Assembly: GCA_012295275.1 (NCBI GenBank) | Contig: CM022665.1 | Location: 14,198,001 to 14,262,000, forward strand | Direction of reading: 5' to 3' | DNA: 64,000 bases | Origin: Chrysomallon squamiferum | Taxonomy: Eukaryota > Animalia > Mollusca | Position numbers and translations under genes: made by a program | In this document: positions 38,386-52,738 of the stretch, piece after piece | How positions within the stretch are numbered: position 1 is the first letter of the stretch | Layout of the letters: every line of letters begins with the position of its first letter | The notes under the pieces: generated by a model | Seen by the model: only the letters and a program-made list of their open reading frames with translations | What the model was told of the DNA's origin: nothing | The model's database searches: none

Positions 38386-41300
38386 AAATAAAGATAACAA
38401 ACCAAGATTATGGTTTTTGATGATTTGCTAAACAAAAACAAAACTAAAATATTACTTACTTATAACTATCTCTAATAGCAGCAAGCTGAAAAACCTTGTA
38501 ATTATAAAAAATCTCTTCAGTCTGCAGTCAGTAACAAGAATAGTGGTTTAGGAAAGAGCCAGAATTGTTAGTTAAATTTCAGCACATTGTTAATCATCAC
38601 CTAATAGCTGGTGTGAAAACTTTGTCATTACATAATACCTAGGAATGTTCAGTTATACTTCAAAATAAATATATGTAAAAAAAAAAAAAAAGATTTAGAA
38701 GATTTAAAAGGTTTGTGAATTGTATTTTATATGTATGTTTGAGTATGTGCATGTGAATGTGTATACTTGTGTATGTGTGTGTGTGAGTGTGAATATTTTG
38801 TTCTTGTCTCTATATATATGTATAAACATGTATGTTAATTTCAGTTAATAAGTACATGTATTACGTAACAGCAGAGTATACCAAGCAGAACATATATTAT
38901 AATGGTATTAAGATATATATATATATATATATATATACATAAAATATTTACACAGGTATATTTTAACATGAAAAAATCTTTTTATCTCTGCAATATAAAT
39001 GTTGATCATCTGTTAATCAAAAAATCAAAAAAATAAAAAAAAAAACAAAAAAAACATAAGGTACATAAATATGGTGGAAATGCCATGAAGTGTATTCTAT
39101 ATAAAAAAACAACAACATACAAACTTAATTAGTTTTTTTTTTTTTCAGCTTCACCTATGTATTCAATAAGTTTGAAAACATAAAACTAGTATTTTGTATT
39201 CTTTTATTTCAGAGTTATTTTAAAAAAAAAATTTTTTTTTTTTTTTTAAATATTCAATAAAAGTTGAACAATGTACATATTATGCTAAATATATGTACAT
39301 AATTATGTAAATGATGGTTTAGTTATACTAGGAAAATGGACCTGTCCATCAACCTGCAGTAACAATGTACAGGCATTTGACATTGGATTATAGAAGCTCA
39401 GTCTTTTAAAGATTTTTGATATGCTGCTAAAACTATTTTATTTTTTTGATACAAAATTGGTAAAGATATTGTAAAAAACAACAATTTTTTTTTTATTACA
39501 TACTAAAAACAAAGACATGATATTTAAAAAAATCCAGCAACAAACCATCAGATATTAAAAACAAACACCAGATATTACAATGACATAAAAATTGAAATTA
39601 AAAAGAAACACATACGATATTATAACACAAACTACATATAAATCCCCCCAACAATTCATCAAACATAAAAAAGGAAATTTATCAGAAATTAAGAAAACAA
39701 AAAAGCATCAAATATTAAAAACAAAGCCATTAAAGAACTGAAAAAATACATTACATAATACTAAAAAAAAACAAAAAAAAACTACAAACCATGCTAAAAA
39801 GGCATAAAAAAATCAGACCCTATAAACATATACAGCACAGCACAAACAAACACATCAAAACCTAAATAGATGTGACTGTAAAAACATAAACATGTGAGAG
39901 GATTTCAATACAGGCGTATCAAACACAATAAACAAACATATCAGTTTACTTCATTTTTCATTGTTTTCTTTCTCTGCAGTCAGAGACACCAGATCTGTTT
40001 CAATTGTTCAAAACCTCTGTTTGCAGTGACATGCTTAACTAATCCCACAAACCAAAGAAAACTAACAAACTCTTTACATTTGTGTTGAGTGGACTGTAAA
40101 AAAGATAAGGGATTCGATGTCCCGACTAAAAGCTTTATGCCTTTTTTTCTATTTTGTAAGGTACACAGATTATTTTATGCAAAGCTTCTCTTTAAACATA
40201 TTAAACATATTTGAATGGTTTTTTCCAAATATTCTTTAAGAACACATGAACCCAGAAACTGTAATGATCTATACCCTGTCATGATTTTGGGTGTTCAAGA
40301 TATTTTAAAATTTCTAATGGTTTCTTTATTAATAGTTTACTACTAAATTTTTTCTCTAAAAAAAGAGTATCTAATGGAGAGAAAGAAATATGTTAACAAA
40401 ACAAGTTAAAATGCAAATCAAGATTCAAAATTAAAAACAAAACAACAAAATTAATTTTTTGAGGTTTTTGTTTTGCTGTTGTTTTGTATGGAACAGTATT
40501 TAATTAAAAGAACAATAAAATTCAGGGGTTTTTTTTGTTGTTTTTTTAATAATGTTCAGAAGACAGATTAAGTAGAAGTGTAACATTTTTAGGAGTTGGT
40601 GTGCCAAACATAATTATAAAAATATGAAGAAACAGACATTGCCAAGTCTTTTGTTGAATGCATGCACTTCAAGCATGTGAGAACAAACAGAAATATACTT
40701 GTTTGCTCATAGTAGATAAATGGAGGTGAAAAAGCATATACTTGTCTTTATGAACAAAGAGGCATCTCAGTGTGTGTTGAAAATTTGATAATTAAAAACA
40801 TTAGCTAACAGTATTATGTTTTAGCAGATTACTAGTTTTTACATATGACATCTTTATCATCTCTTCAAGTTAGTAAGGTTTCTCTGTCTTTCTTTTCTGT
40901 TTGTATCTTCTTATATCTTCGTCTCTCCTTACTTTTGCTGTCTCCCTCTATGTCTCTTACATTCTCTTTGTATCTCCTTTTATCTGCCTCTCTACTTACC
41001 ATTTTATCTCTGTATACCTATACACATGTATATTATTTCACTTTTTCTGTCTCCTTTTATCTTCTTTTTGTATCTCCTGCTCTCTCTTTCTTTCTCTATA
41101 TATGTGCGTATTTGTGTTTGCACGTGCGCATGCGTGCATGTGTGTGTGTGTGTTTTTGTGTGTTTGTATCTGTGTGAACATCTTTCTTTTTCTGTATATA
41201 TTAAACTATTTTTTTCACTCACACATATTATCTTACTTTCTTTTATCTCTTTCCTTCTGTCAAGTTAAGATATTAATCACCCAAAGAAAATCCCTAAAGG

Positions 41301-44300
41301 CAGAGATGTGTGAAGATAATTTTTTTTTTTTTTACAATAAAAAGAAAATAAAACTATAAAAATTAGAGTAAAAAATAATTAAAAAATGTATAATAAAATT
41401 AAAAAGCAAAAATAATGAAAGAAATTTTAAAAATTATAAAAAAAACTTTTAGCACTGTTGTAAAATGATATCTTATTCCTGGTTTACTTTACACTTTTAT
41501 TGACTACTGGATCAATACATTGTGAACATGTTTTATAATATACAGAACAAAAAAAGTTAAGCAGGTACAAAATATTATTTATCAAGGTTATCTTCCAGTT
41601 AAAAATCAAGGAAAAAAAAAACAACTTTCTCTGTAAACTAGTTCTATGAGTTTTTCCCATTCAGCCATTGCTGCAGCAATTATTTATCACAAGCCATTTT
41701 GTTTTAACAGTGCAGATATCTTTCAGTACTCTAGAGGATGGTAACCTTAGTGGTCTTTGCACTGGCCTATAACATGGGATGCATTAGAAATGCATATGCA
41801 TAAAGTTTGGCTGTCATACTGAGCTGTCAGTCATGTTATGGTACTGGTTTTATTATTGGGCAGTTCAAATTCAGGTCTTACTCGATATTTTAAGAGGGTG
41901 TTAACATGTTTTTTGTGGGAACTAGTTATCGTGTGACATTCTTGTGACATTCTTGTCAGACCCATCCAATAAAGTATAACACACAGACTGAGTGATAACA
42001 GTTTGACGACACATGTAATAAGATAGATATGTACATTTTTCCTGACATATATCTTGTAATCTGATAGATAATTTTACATATTCGTTTATTAGTCTAGATC
42101 AACAGAAATCCTAGTTAGAACTCAACACTGTTTCTATCTTATCTTTTAACTGTTCATATAACAAGAAAAAAAAAAAAAAAAAAAAAAACAATTAAACCTC
42201 CAAAAAACAGAAAAAAAAAAACAACAACAACAACAACAAGAAAAAGTCAAAAAACATCACTGATACATTAATCCATCTAGTGGCAGTGAAAACAGTAATT
42301 ATTAAAATATTACTGGGAAAAATCAACTTTTAATTCTGAATAGAGATATGTGATAATCAGGTTTAGACTATGTGTTTCCAGACAGTTTTCAGTCTGGTAG
42401 GTACTGAAGACACAATAATTTTAATTTGGGTGCTTGGTTCTACTACTACATTTGCAAATGGTACTGAAATAGATAACACTGGTTGATATAACCCTGAAAT
42501 ATATCTAACATTATCTATCTATCTATCTACCTGTGTGTCTATCTGTCAATCTCTCTGTCTGTCTGTCTGTCTGTATATATCAATCCATCCATTTATCCAT
42601 CCAGCTGTCTATCCATCGATCAAACAGCTATTTATTTCAAGTTAGATGTAATTATGTGTTACAAAATGTCACTTATTTAAACATTTTATTATTACATACT
42701 CTGACAAAACAAAATGAAAGTTTTATAATTATACTTTGTTACTTGTTATATCTGTAATTAAAAATGTAATTACTGCATTTAAACGTTAACTTAGTCATAT
42801 ATGCAGTAATTTAGACATATTCCCTTTATTTAATCACATACACAGTTGGATAAAAAGTTATGTCTGGAACTGAAAATACATAAATTCAAAATTTATAAAA
42901 ACATAATCTGCTTTTTCTAATGACAATAATTTTCAGTGAGCTTGCATACATTTAAAAAAAAAAAAAAAATTTGCCATCTTTATGATATTGTTACAAAATT
43001 TCAGAATAAAGGAATGGTCCAAAACATTCTGCATTCTGAACTCTTGCCCACCCCAAAACCACTTGATGTCTTAATATCTTTTTATCAAGTATACCAAAAT
43101 GAAAAACAAACTAATAAATAGGATTCAAGGAAACAGATGTAAAACATAAATTTGTCAACTGCATTAAATGAAATCAACTAAAAACTCAGTATAACAAAAA
43201 CAGTTGGGAGAGATAAAATAATTTCTCAAGATGGTGTAATCTTATTGTCAGTTTAAAGTTTAATTTATTTTAGATGTTTGATAAGTTGTGACAATAAAAT
43301 ACAGTGTTTATGGTAAACACGTGTTAAGCTTTGTTCAGTATCAGTTCAAAAAAATATATACACTTGCTTTTTTTTTCTTTGTTTTCTCTTTTACTGTTCT
43401 TCTTTCTGAATTTGTGTTTTGTTTTGTTTATTTCATAAATAACTTTAAATAATTTCAATAAATTAAAAAAATTAAATAACAAAGTAAATAAAAATTAAAC
43501 TTTAAATTATTTATTATTCCTGTATTATTTGTACTAACATTAATTTTAAATAGTTTTAATACATTTCAGTTTTATTTGTTTATTTGTTTGTTTATTTATT
43601 TTTGTTTTATATTTAATATAACTGGAAGTAATTTTTGCAAATTTTACATAACTTTATTTCTAATACACCAAAATGTTAAAAATGATTATTAATATTAATA
43701 TTAAATTAAATCAGTTGGCTTGAATGTTTACTATCTAAAATTAAAAAGTTGTCACATAACACAATTATAGACACATCAAACTTGTTATCTGATGTTCAGA
43801 AATGAAAATATTTGACACATTAATAAAATTACAGTGTTAAACCTCACCTTTCACCTTTTATTTTATTAATGAAAAATAGCTGAGATAAAGGGAAGATAAA
43901 TATGTTCATTTATTATTATAACTCTCCTGTACAAAAACAATAAAAACTGCTGGAGCATTTTATTAGAAAATAACTGAAAAACAATGAAAGAACAATATCT
44001 TCTGTAAAAAAAAAAAATAATAATAAAAAATATAAATTGAAAGAACAAAATTTTAAGTTAAAAAAGAGCAGAAGATAGTAATATCAATGCTTTCAGCCAT
44101 GTGTTTTTAAATATTTATTATTTTTTAAACATCTAAACTGTAAAGGTCATAAAAACTGGCTTAACTGAGAGGCTATGAATTACCACCAAAAAAACCCCCA
44201 AATTAAAAATAAATATTATAAAAAATGGACAAATACTTTTGATGTATGTCATGGTAAAGCAATGAAGCCATGTTTAAAGGATTAAACTAAATAAAATTAT

Positions 44301-45477
44301 CTGTAAATTCCATTATGTCTGTCAAATTCTTGAGATAAAAAAAAAGAAAAATTGCTAAAAATCATTATGTTAATTTATTTGACAATTTTCATCCATGACT
44401 CACTAATACCAACAACAGGAGGAAAAAAAACCCAATATCCCAAAAACAAACAAACAATCAAATTTAAATAAAATGTAAATTTTTGTTACAGTTACATATT
44501 AATTTTTATTATTATTATTATCTCTAATGAAAATGGGTTTAGAGTTTAATGCAGGAACACATAGGAAAGTCAGTACCCATGATAAAAAGTATATATTAAT
44601 GTTAAATACCAGTCTAATGTAATATCTGTTTAAAATTTTATTAATACTAAGTGCCAAATATTTAGGAAACAACAGACTTTAACAACTGTACTTGATCCAT
44701 CTTACTGGGTGTCACCATTTTACTGCTGTCATGATGTTATCTCACACAGGGCAGTCTAAATATCTCTAAACATTCTTCTAATTTTATCCCCCCCAAAAAA
44801 TAAATTAAATAAAAATATAAGTTTGCAATGATTTCATGAGTCCAGTTGTGAAGAGGTAAAATGGCCATATTCATATATTTTGTATTCTCAATTTATTGTC
44901 ATATTTTGTTAATGGCAATTACAAATCAGCTAAAACAAATTAAGAACTTGGAAGTATGTATAAAGATTTTTCTATATCATTCATTCATACCATCACAGAT
45001 ACTCATTAAATTAATTATTATGTCTTTTAAAAATAAGTGAATGAATTCAATTAATATTATTATTTGTAATCATAAAAAATTTTGGAGTTCATTGGCAGTC
45101 TTTCCAATTTAAAAACCCCAAATAAAACCCCCAAAATAAACACCACCCTAGAATTTGAAAAAATGCAATATGTTTATAATATTAAAAAGAATTTTTTTAA
45201 AGATTTGCATTATATCTTAAAATTGTTAATTGACTTTAGTCAATTCCTAATTGTGTATAATTTGTTTTCAGTCAAAAATTGTTGAAATTTATATTTAATC
45301 ATGGTTATCATTCTAGTCATAAGTATAATTAACAAATTACTGAACCCTTAGACAAAAGCTTTGTTATATGCACTTAGCCTTGGTGTAGTTAACTTGCACA
45401 TTAACACTGGTGATGTGGTTCACTAACAAAGCAACAAACATTACAAACATTTGCCCATGACAGGCACACCTATATTT

Positions 45478-45693
45478 ACACCATAACTCTATCTGTTAAC
45501 ACCATAACACTATTTATTAAAACCCTAACTCTATCTACTAACACTATAATTTTATCTATTAACACCATGACTATCTACTAACACCATAATTCTGTCTACT
45601 AATACCATAACTGTCTACTAATGCTATAACTCTATCTAATAACACCATAAATTTATCTATTAACATCACAACTCTATCTACTAAAACCATAAT
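45478..45693. repeat. Degenerate 19-21 bp minisatellite (aacaccataactctatctact), about 10 copies
   Basis: Periodic recurrence of ccataac/ctatct/taac is visible. Confidence 0.88.
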
Positions 45694-45784
45694 TAATAAT
45701 TATGTTGTTTCATTGTTACTTCATATGTAGCTGCACTCCTCTATTCTAACAGTAACATTATACTTATTTCTAAATAGTCCTCAA

Positions 45785-45890
45785 CTAGTGCCCATACACT
45801 GGTCTATCAAAGTTCATGTTTTATATTTTGCTGTTAATGTGAAGGTGCATAAAAAGTATCTACTCTTGCTAATCAAATAAGAGTAGCCTA
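45785..45890 (+). mobile_element. Decayed SINE-like repeat (family A), opposite orientation
   Basis: The reverse complement ggctactcttatttgattagcaagagtagatactttttatgcacc matches the family core. Confidence 0.5.
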
Positions 45891-46487
45891 ATTCTAAATA
45901 TCCTTTCTAAAAAATGTTATTATGTAAATGTTATGTTTTTTTTGTTTATGTATACATATTTTGCTTGCCTGTTTTTTTTATCCTCAAATTTTCATGTGTT
46001 TGTATTTGTATTTGTATATATGTGTATGTGATGTTTTGGTTCCACCTTGGAATTCAAGGACACAGTTGTTTATTTGTCACTATATTTGTTGCTTTTGTCT
46101 TCCACTGAATGCTATTACTGTTGTTTTTTCTTCTTAAAATTTCATTAAGTTTGCATCATTGTTTTTAATTTTGTTTTATTATTACCATTCTTATATAAAA
46201 ATATATAATATTATCTAGGTGTACAGTGAAATATTTTTCTATTTTCAAAAATGTAATTTCAGGATTATAAATAACTGACAGGATCTTAAGTCTATTTAAA
46301 TAAAAATGTCTATAAAATGACAAATAGACACTGTATATTTGAATTAGTTTTAACATGGTTTTGGAATGACCTTTGTTAAATTTTATCCAAAACTATTTGT
46401 AGAGCACTCACACTGAAATATAGAAATCACTGTTTAATGACACTTAATATAATTTTATACTAAGGGTCATTAAGTTTCTTTTGTAAT

Positions 46488-46690
46488 GAAAGGAAAGCTC
46501 CTGCTGCCATTCCATGGGGTATTCTTGTTGACTGCAGTAATAGATATTTTTATACATAGACTTAAAAGAAATAAAATGGATATTTTCATTTACATTTTTT
46601 CTTCCTGAACAAAAGATATGTAACTGCCTTTGATATATACATTATGAGCCAGTTGCTGGAATGGGAAGTTTGTTTAATGGATGCATTAAT
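46488..46690 (-). mobile_element. Decayed SINE-like repeat (family A), interrupted
   Basis: ctgctgccattccatggggtattctt...gcagtaatagatatttttata and ctggaatgggaa resemble the other copies. Confidence 0.4.
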
Positions 46691-46922
46691 TTTTTTTTTT
46701 TATATGTCTCCACGCTTTTTTATGTGTTAATCTTAGTGATTATTGTTTCTGGTTTGTAGTAAGAAATACCATGAAATAACACAGTGACCACACACACACA
46801 CACACATATGCACATATAGACAATAGTCTACGATAATGTTTACTCTAAATCCTCTTTCTATGTCCAGACAAATAAAAGTTATATTTTTATGTTTTATCAA
46901 ATAAAAACAATACAGTACTCAC

Positions 46923-47161
46923 TGTCAATGATGTAGTTGCCTGGCAGTTGGTGTCCTCGCGCAGGTAGTGGTAAGGTGTATACAGGCTGTGGAAGTTGTC
47001 CTTGCTGTTGTCAAGAGCTGGACACATGCGACTGCTGGGTACCTGACGGCCATACTGTGCAAACTGCATACTAATCATCGTCTTTCTGGGACAATGAAGT
47101 TTCAGTGTTTCTCCATCACAGACATGTTCATGTAGTGTATCCAGAAGACTCAACAGTGAAA
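46923..47161 (-). CDS. EVA1C: EVA-1/EVA1C-like protein, coding exon: N-terminal half of SUEL lectin domain 1
   Basis: Minus strand: acceptor ttttctcaactattttttctag| and donor ACA|gtgagt. 239 nt, phase 1-0. Translates SLLSLLDTLHEHVCDGETLKLHCPRKTMISMQFAQYGRQVPSSRMCP...EDTNCQATTSLT, with the C-D/E-G..L.L.CP and YGR motifs of SUEL/Gal_Lectin domains. Confidence 0.92.
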
Positions 47162-49148
47162 CTAGAAAAAATAGTTGAGAAAAATATGAATTAATTTATA
47201 CTTATTACAAAACCCCAACATTAATTAATTTCAATTATTTCCTGTTGTATTTAAGTATTAGTACAACAAAATATTTATTTATTTAATGCATCTGAACTCT
47301 CCATTGTCTAATAATTTAAGTCATTTAATATAGTTAATCTGTAAAAATAATTAAGAAAATAATTGATACTTATTGTAAGTAATTAAACATTACATATGTT
47401 AATTTCTATTATTTTCTTTCAGATATGTGTAGCAAACGTTGATCTGATACAATTAAACTGTGAATTATTTAATTATTAATTTAATACAGTTGATATGAAA
47501 AACTAATTATGTAAATTAATTAATTCATACTTATAAACCCTATGTCATTTGTTTTTCTATCTTTTGTAACTAAAGATTTATTTTCTATATCCAAGACAAT
47601 GATATTATTAAATAAATGTTCATTCATTTTTTTATATATTTATTCAAGAAACTTCTCCATTAATGATTCATCCAGACATGAGATTCATTTATTTTTTCAT
47701 CCATTCATAATTTGTCATTCATGCATGCACACACACACACACACACATTTATTCATTTATTCATGTGCATTTTAATTTATTTACTCACACACACTGATTC
47801 ATTCAGCAATATTGTTTCAATGACTCGGTATCATGTATTTATTTATTATTCTTAAAATGTGAAAAAACTTCAATTTTCCAAATATAATGTCTGATATCAG
47901 TACATATGAAAACATTAATGTACAGTACAAAATTCTTTCATTGGAAAATTACACATTAATATTTGTAACCCTCTGCCATAAAAAGTACATAAAGTCACCA
48001 TTAGTGATAACCATGACACATTTTAATGTGTGTGACAGCTTTTCTTTTAAATTTGAACTTTTTTATTTTTTATTTGGACATTTAAAAAAAATAAAAATTA
48101 GGTTCTAAGATATTTAAACAATAAAATTAACTTTAAAAATCATTAACTTCATTTTGAGTCATAATTCAGTCAGATTTGTATTCTTTTTAAAGCTTATAAT
48201 TTTTATTTTATAAATAACTATACTAAAACAAATGTCAAAAATGCCACTTTATATACCTTTTATGGGAGCAGGTCATATGTCTAATATTCAAGTCTTAAAA
48301 TTTATACAATAAAGAAAGATTTAGGTAATAAATGAAACAACTGAAAATAAATTTTATTATGTAAACTGAAAACCAGAGTTCAAAATGTACACCAGCATAT
48401 TAGCATACATTTGCATACAGGCATAAATTTTAACTTCTAAATCTCATAAATCTAAACTTTATTGCTTATGTTAATCATTAACCATAAGCATGTTATATAT
48501 ATTTAATAAATATGCTAAATTTCTGAAATAATGATAAAATAAATTAAAAAAATTAAAATGAAGAAAAAAAATGACAACATTAAAATGAAACATATTAATG
48601 TGCTAACATTAGCTATAAACTGTGTCACCATCAAGATATTAATTTATAAGATTAAACAAACATAAAATGTTATTTATTGATATAACTAGCATTAACTTAA
48701 ACACATACATATATTATCAGATATAATTATGAACAATCATATACACCAACACACACACACACACACAGACATACATACACACACTAAAAAGAAAAAATTA
48801 AATTAAAAAGGTATTACCATCAAAAGTGATTCACATTGCATAATCAGAGCAAAATTAATGATAACAAGACCCTCTTTACTGCCATGACCTTTGACCTTTC
48901 CAGGTAAATACCAGTACAGAGTTTTATAACCGAAAGTGTGTGAGAATGGATTAATGTAAATACAGAGATAGCAAGTAATTTGTTAAGTTTAACAATGTAG
49001 AAGAAAAGTTACTGAATAATAAAGGTGATGTGATAACTGAGTTGATAGGTGTGTGTCTTCAAATTCTCTTTCTGACCCCTTTGAGGTGATAATTGAAAGA
49101 TTACTGCACACATACTTTACAGGATTAGTGAAAGAAATAGAGTAAGAA

Positions 49149-49195
49149 AGAGAGGGTGACAGAGAGGGTGACAGAGAGGGTGACAGATAGGGTGA
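49149..49195. repeat. 12-bp tandem repeat (agagagggtgac), about 4 copies
   Basis: Directly visible. Confidence 0.9.
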
Positions 49196-49382
49196 GAAAG
49201 AGAGAGGGGAAGATGATGGAATGGGAAAGAGAGTAAAAGAAAGGAAGTGAAAGAAAAAAAAAAGAAAAGGAAAAAGAGGGTGTTGGATAAGGTAATACTG
49301 ATAAAGAAAGAGAGAAAGAAATAAAAGATGACAGGATGGCACAGAGAAAAAGAGAGAATGAAAGACCTATAAGTCTGTGTGT

Positions 49383-49383
<1 letters not shown>

Positions 49384-49462
<79 letters not shown>
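49384..49462. repeat. (AG)n microsatellite within a purine-rich tract
   Basis: Perfect run. Confidence 0.98.
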
Positions 49463-49466
<4 letters not shown>

Positions 49467-51344
49467 TAGAAATAAAGAGAGAGGCAAAAAAAAAAAGAAA
49501 AAAAAAAAAGCTTTGACCCCTAACACATTTATTTTTAAGTAATATACTTTTACATCTTCATTTACTCTGTGGTTTTTACTAACATACAGTAAGCCCCTTG
49601 CCTGAACAATGTTTTGTGATTTTGACCCAGCACTGATTAAAGGATGACACCAAAACCACAGGCTGCTTTCACCTTTAACCTGCAAGACTGATTGAATTTT
49701 TTCTTCTTCTCATAGCAATTGTGCTCTTTGATATTAGATCATGGGAAAGAATTCAAGGACATCAAGAAGTTTGGGAGGGGGCATGGGAGAAGAATCCATG
49801 TTACGACCTTTTAATTCTGGTAAGATTTAAAATGGATTACTGCCCTGCAGGATTCATTGAGAGGGTTGTGAGATGGTTTGGGGAATAGAATTAAAATCTA
49901 GCTATGTTGTTGCTGTTCTGCAGATCTGGGGGAGTGGGATTCAGAGGGAGGCATGGGAGAGGAATCCAAAGCATGACCTTTTAATTCTGGTCATGTTTAC
50001 ATTAGTTTACTGCCCTGCCCAGGAAACTTATTGACAAATGAAGGGAGATTCGTGGGTAAACATGGATGAGCTGCTGATGGTATGTATAACACTTACACCT
50101 GGTTACCTAGGATACAGATTGGAATTTTCACCTGTGATGACCTTTTATTACGATACTCCTGAGACACTGAGATAATACAGATATAAAAAAAAAAAAATTG
50201 TGATTTTTTTAAAGGAATGGAGTGGTTTTGGGATTGTTTGATTTTTAAAAATAAATATTTATTATAATTGTAAAATTATTTGTTAATGCTGAAATTTATT
50301 ATGTACTGGTACGTACACATATATTTTAAGAAGAAATTAAAATCATAATTTAAAATTATACCAGTTAAAGAAGGCAAAAATAAATTTTATACTGCAGTTT
50401 TATTATTATTTAACCATTCTTTCCCTCTTTAGATAAATGAACACATGGACATATTAAACAAATAGTCATCCATCCATCCACTAATATATTTAGTACATGT
50501 ACACACACCCACACATACTAACATACTTCTAGTTACACTCATTTCACAGAAACACTATTTATCTTACATGCACACAGAACTATACACACTTTTAACACAT
50601 ATAAAACAGATGTCAAACTGAAATGCTGTGTTAATATAAAAACACAAGTAAATTACAGGTGTTATTATTTTAAAGAAAAGAAAACAAACAGGTGTTTTCC
50701 ACATGGTAGGTAACAGACTTGTATCCAAGGAGGGAACTTATCCAGTACATGACCCCATCTCCTTTTTGTTCCTACAGGTTTTGGTGTTTTAAAAAAAAAT
50801 TAATTAAATAATTAAAATTAATTACATCCATTTTATCTCTCCATATTAATTTGTATACTTCATAATTAATCTCTCCTCATCATGAAATTTATCTACATGA
50901 CAGTAATCATAAACCACCTCCCCCATTTTCTAAAACTCTGCCCCAGAGAAATCTGCTCCAGTATCTGTGTGAGTGCTAAAATATCTCAGTACTAACAAAG
51001 TATTTCATTATAACACAGAGATCAAACAGATTGTGTTCCAATAAAAATACACACTTATTTACTCTCACTTTGATCTGTGTGTAGTCAGACAGGATCTAAT
51101 AGTATGATATATGTGTCACATAAGTAATTTACTTTTATATGAATCTGTTAGTGGTTAGTGACAGATTATTAGCATACAAGGAATTTCCTTTGTTACTGCA
51201 GGTCTGTGAGATAAAGGGGAGGAGAATAGGAAAGAATAATATCTCTCTTTAGCAATATTTTCAGTGTCTAATACTAATGGTTTCTGGATATTAAAATTTC
51301 TGGTTGATAAATCTAAAAAAAGAAATTTGCTGCTGTCAATATAA

Positions 51345-51545
51345 AATTATGGGCTATTTTTTATGAATTAGCAACAAAGGATCCCATAGGCAGGAACAGA
51401 TGTCGAGTTCTTTGATAAACCAGTCAAAGAGCAATGGCTTGAATTAGAAAAAAATGTAATGGTGCATTAGAAAGAACTGATCCTATGAGCTGTCATATTT
51501 CAGCTGGGACCTATGATGTTCAGTTCATACCACTGAGATAAGTTC
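51345..51545 (-). mobile_element. Decayed SINE-like repeat (family A)
   Basis: Core ggctattttttatgaattagcaacaaaggat..cccataggcagg. Shares agaactgatcctat with 38339-38352. Confidence 0.5.
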
Positions 51546-51789
51546 ATCCAATCCACTTGACTTCCACCAAAGTGGTTTGATCCTGTAACTGACCAAGCTA
51601 TATGACCAATTACAGTTTGAACTGATGTTTCAACAAATGTTTAAAAAATGACTTAATAATAAGTAAAATAGATAGAGTGACTGTATATATTATGAATAAA
51701 TATGTAAATTCTCAACACATTTTATATTACTTTTTATTTTGTTTAATTATAGTGAAAAAAAAACCCACCAAAACCCCCAGCTACACAAT

Positions 51790-52000
51790 AGATTCAACAG
51801 GCTACTTCCACAAACAACCAGCAATTGATATTTTTACATGCACTTTTCCACCTATGCAAAAACCCCACTAACCACTGGATTTGACACCTTAAAATATTTG
51901 CATGACTTGAACAGGAAGTAATACAGAGGGTGTTCTGAGGAGAGTTGATCTTGTGACCTGTCATGCCTCAGGCATGTGTTGTGTCACTAAGCTAGAGTTA
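51790..52000 (-). mobile_element. Decayed SINE-like repeat (family A) with tRNA-like head remnant
   Basis: Core ggctacttcc...cagcaattgatatttttacatgcac. The right end on the minus strand reads tagcttagtg (A-box-like), followed by a degenerate B-box-like segment. Confidence 0.45.
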
Positions 52001-52677
52001 TGTTCTTGTTATAAATGATTACCAAGACATTGATATGACACGAACAGATAAGCGTTTCTTTTGTATTCATCACACAATGTTCTAAATTTTCATTTTTAAG
52101 ATATATATATATATTTAACCATTATTATTTTTATTTGAAGTGGTGTACTCAAGTATAGAAAGCATCTCTCAATGTAATCAAAATATTGCATATCTATGAT
52201 ATTTTTTGTGTTTGTTATTTTTAAAACATAAATTTTGTCATAAATGTTTTGTTTTTTTTCACTTCATGTGACATAACTGGACTGTAGATAATAAAAAATG
52301 ATTAAAATATTTGTATCATTAATAAATCGTTGATGACAGGTTACTGTGGTAAAATTTGATAAAAATATTTTATCTTCACCTTGCGTACTTGAAATCAACA
52401 CGTGTAGTTAGGGCTTGGTGTACACTGTAAACACTTATTTTGTGTACTTTGTAATTCAGTATGCATAATATATCTGAACAGTGACATTGATACTGTTATT
52501 ATTAATTACAGCACATATCTGATAGGATATACAATAACAGTGATACACTAGAAAAGAATTCAGAGTAATAATTACCAAGTTAAGAATGTGCTGTGTGTAT
52601 TAATATTTACATCAGAGTTTTTGTTTGTTGATAAATAAGGAAATTGAATTTTGAGAGATATTGTGAGAGATTTTGAG

Positions 52678-52679
<2 letters not shown>

Positions 52680-52738
<59 letters not shown>
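52680..52738. repeat. (AG)n(AGAC)n microsatellite
   Basis: Directly visible. Confidence 0.95.

Noticed and set aside
40845-41359. Hydrophobic ORFs of up to 152 aa that look like membrane proteins
   Set aside because: They derive from CT- and GT-rich low-complexity sequence, are open in several frames and have no splice or domain support.
48989-49685. ORFs of 117-186 aa with SL or RE repeats
   Set aside because: They are translations of (AG)n and purine-rich tracts.
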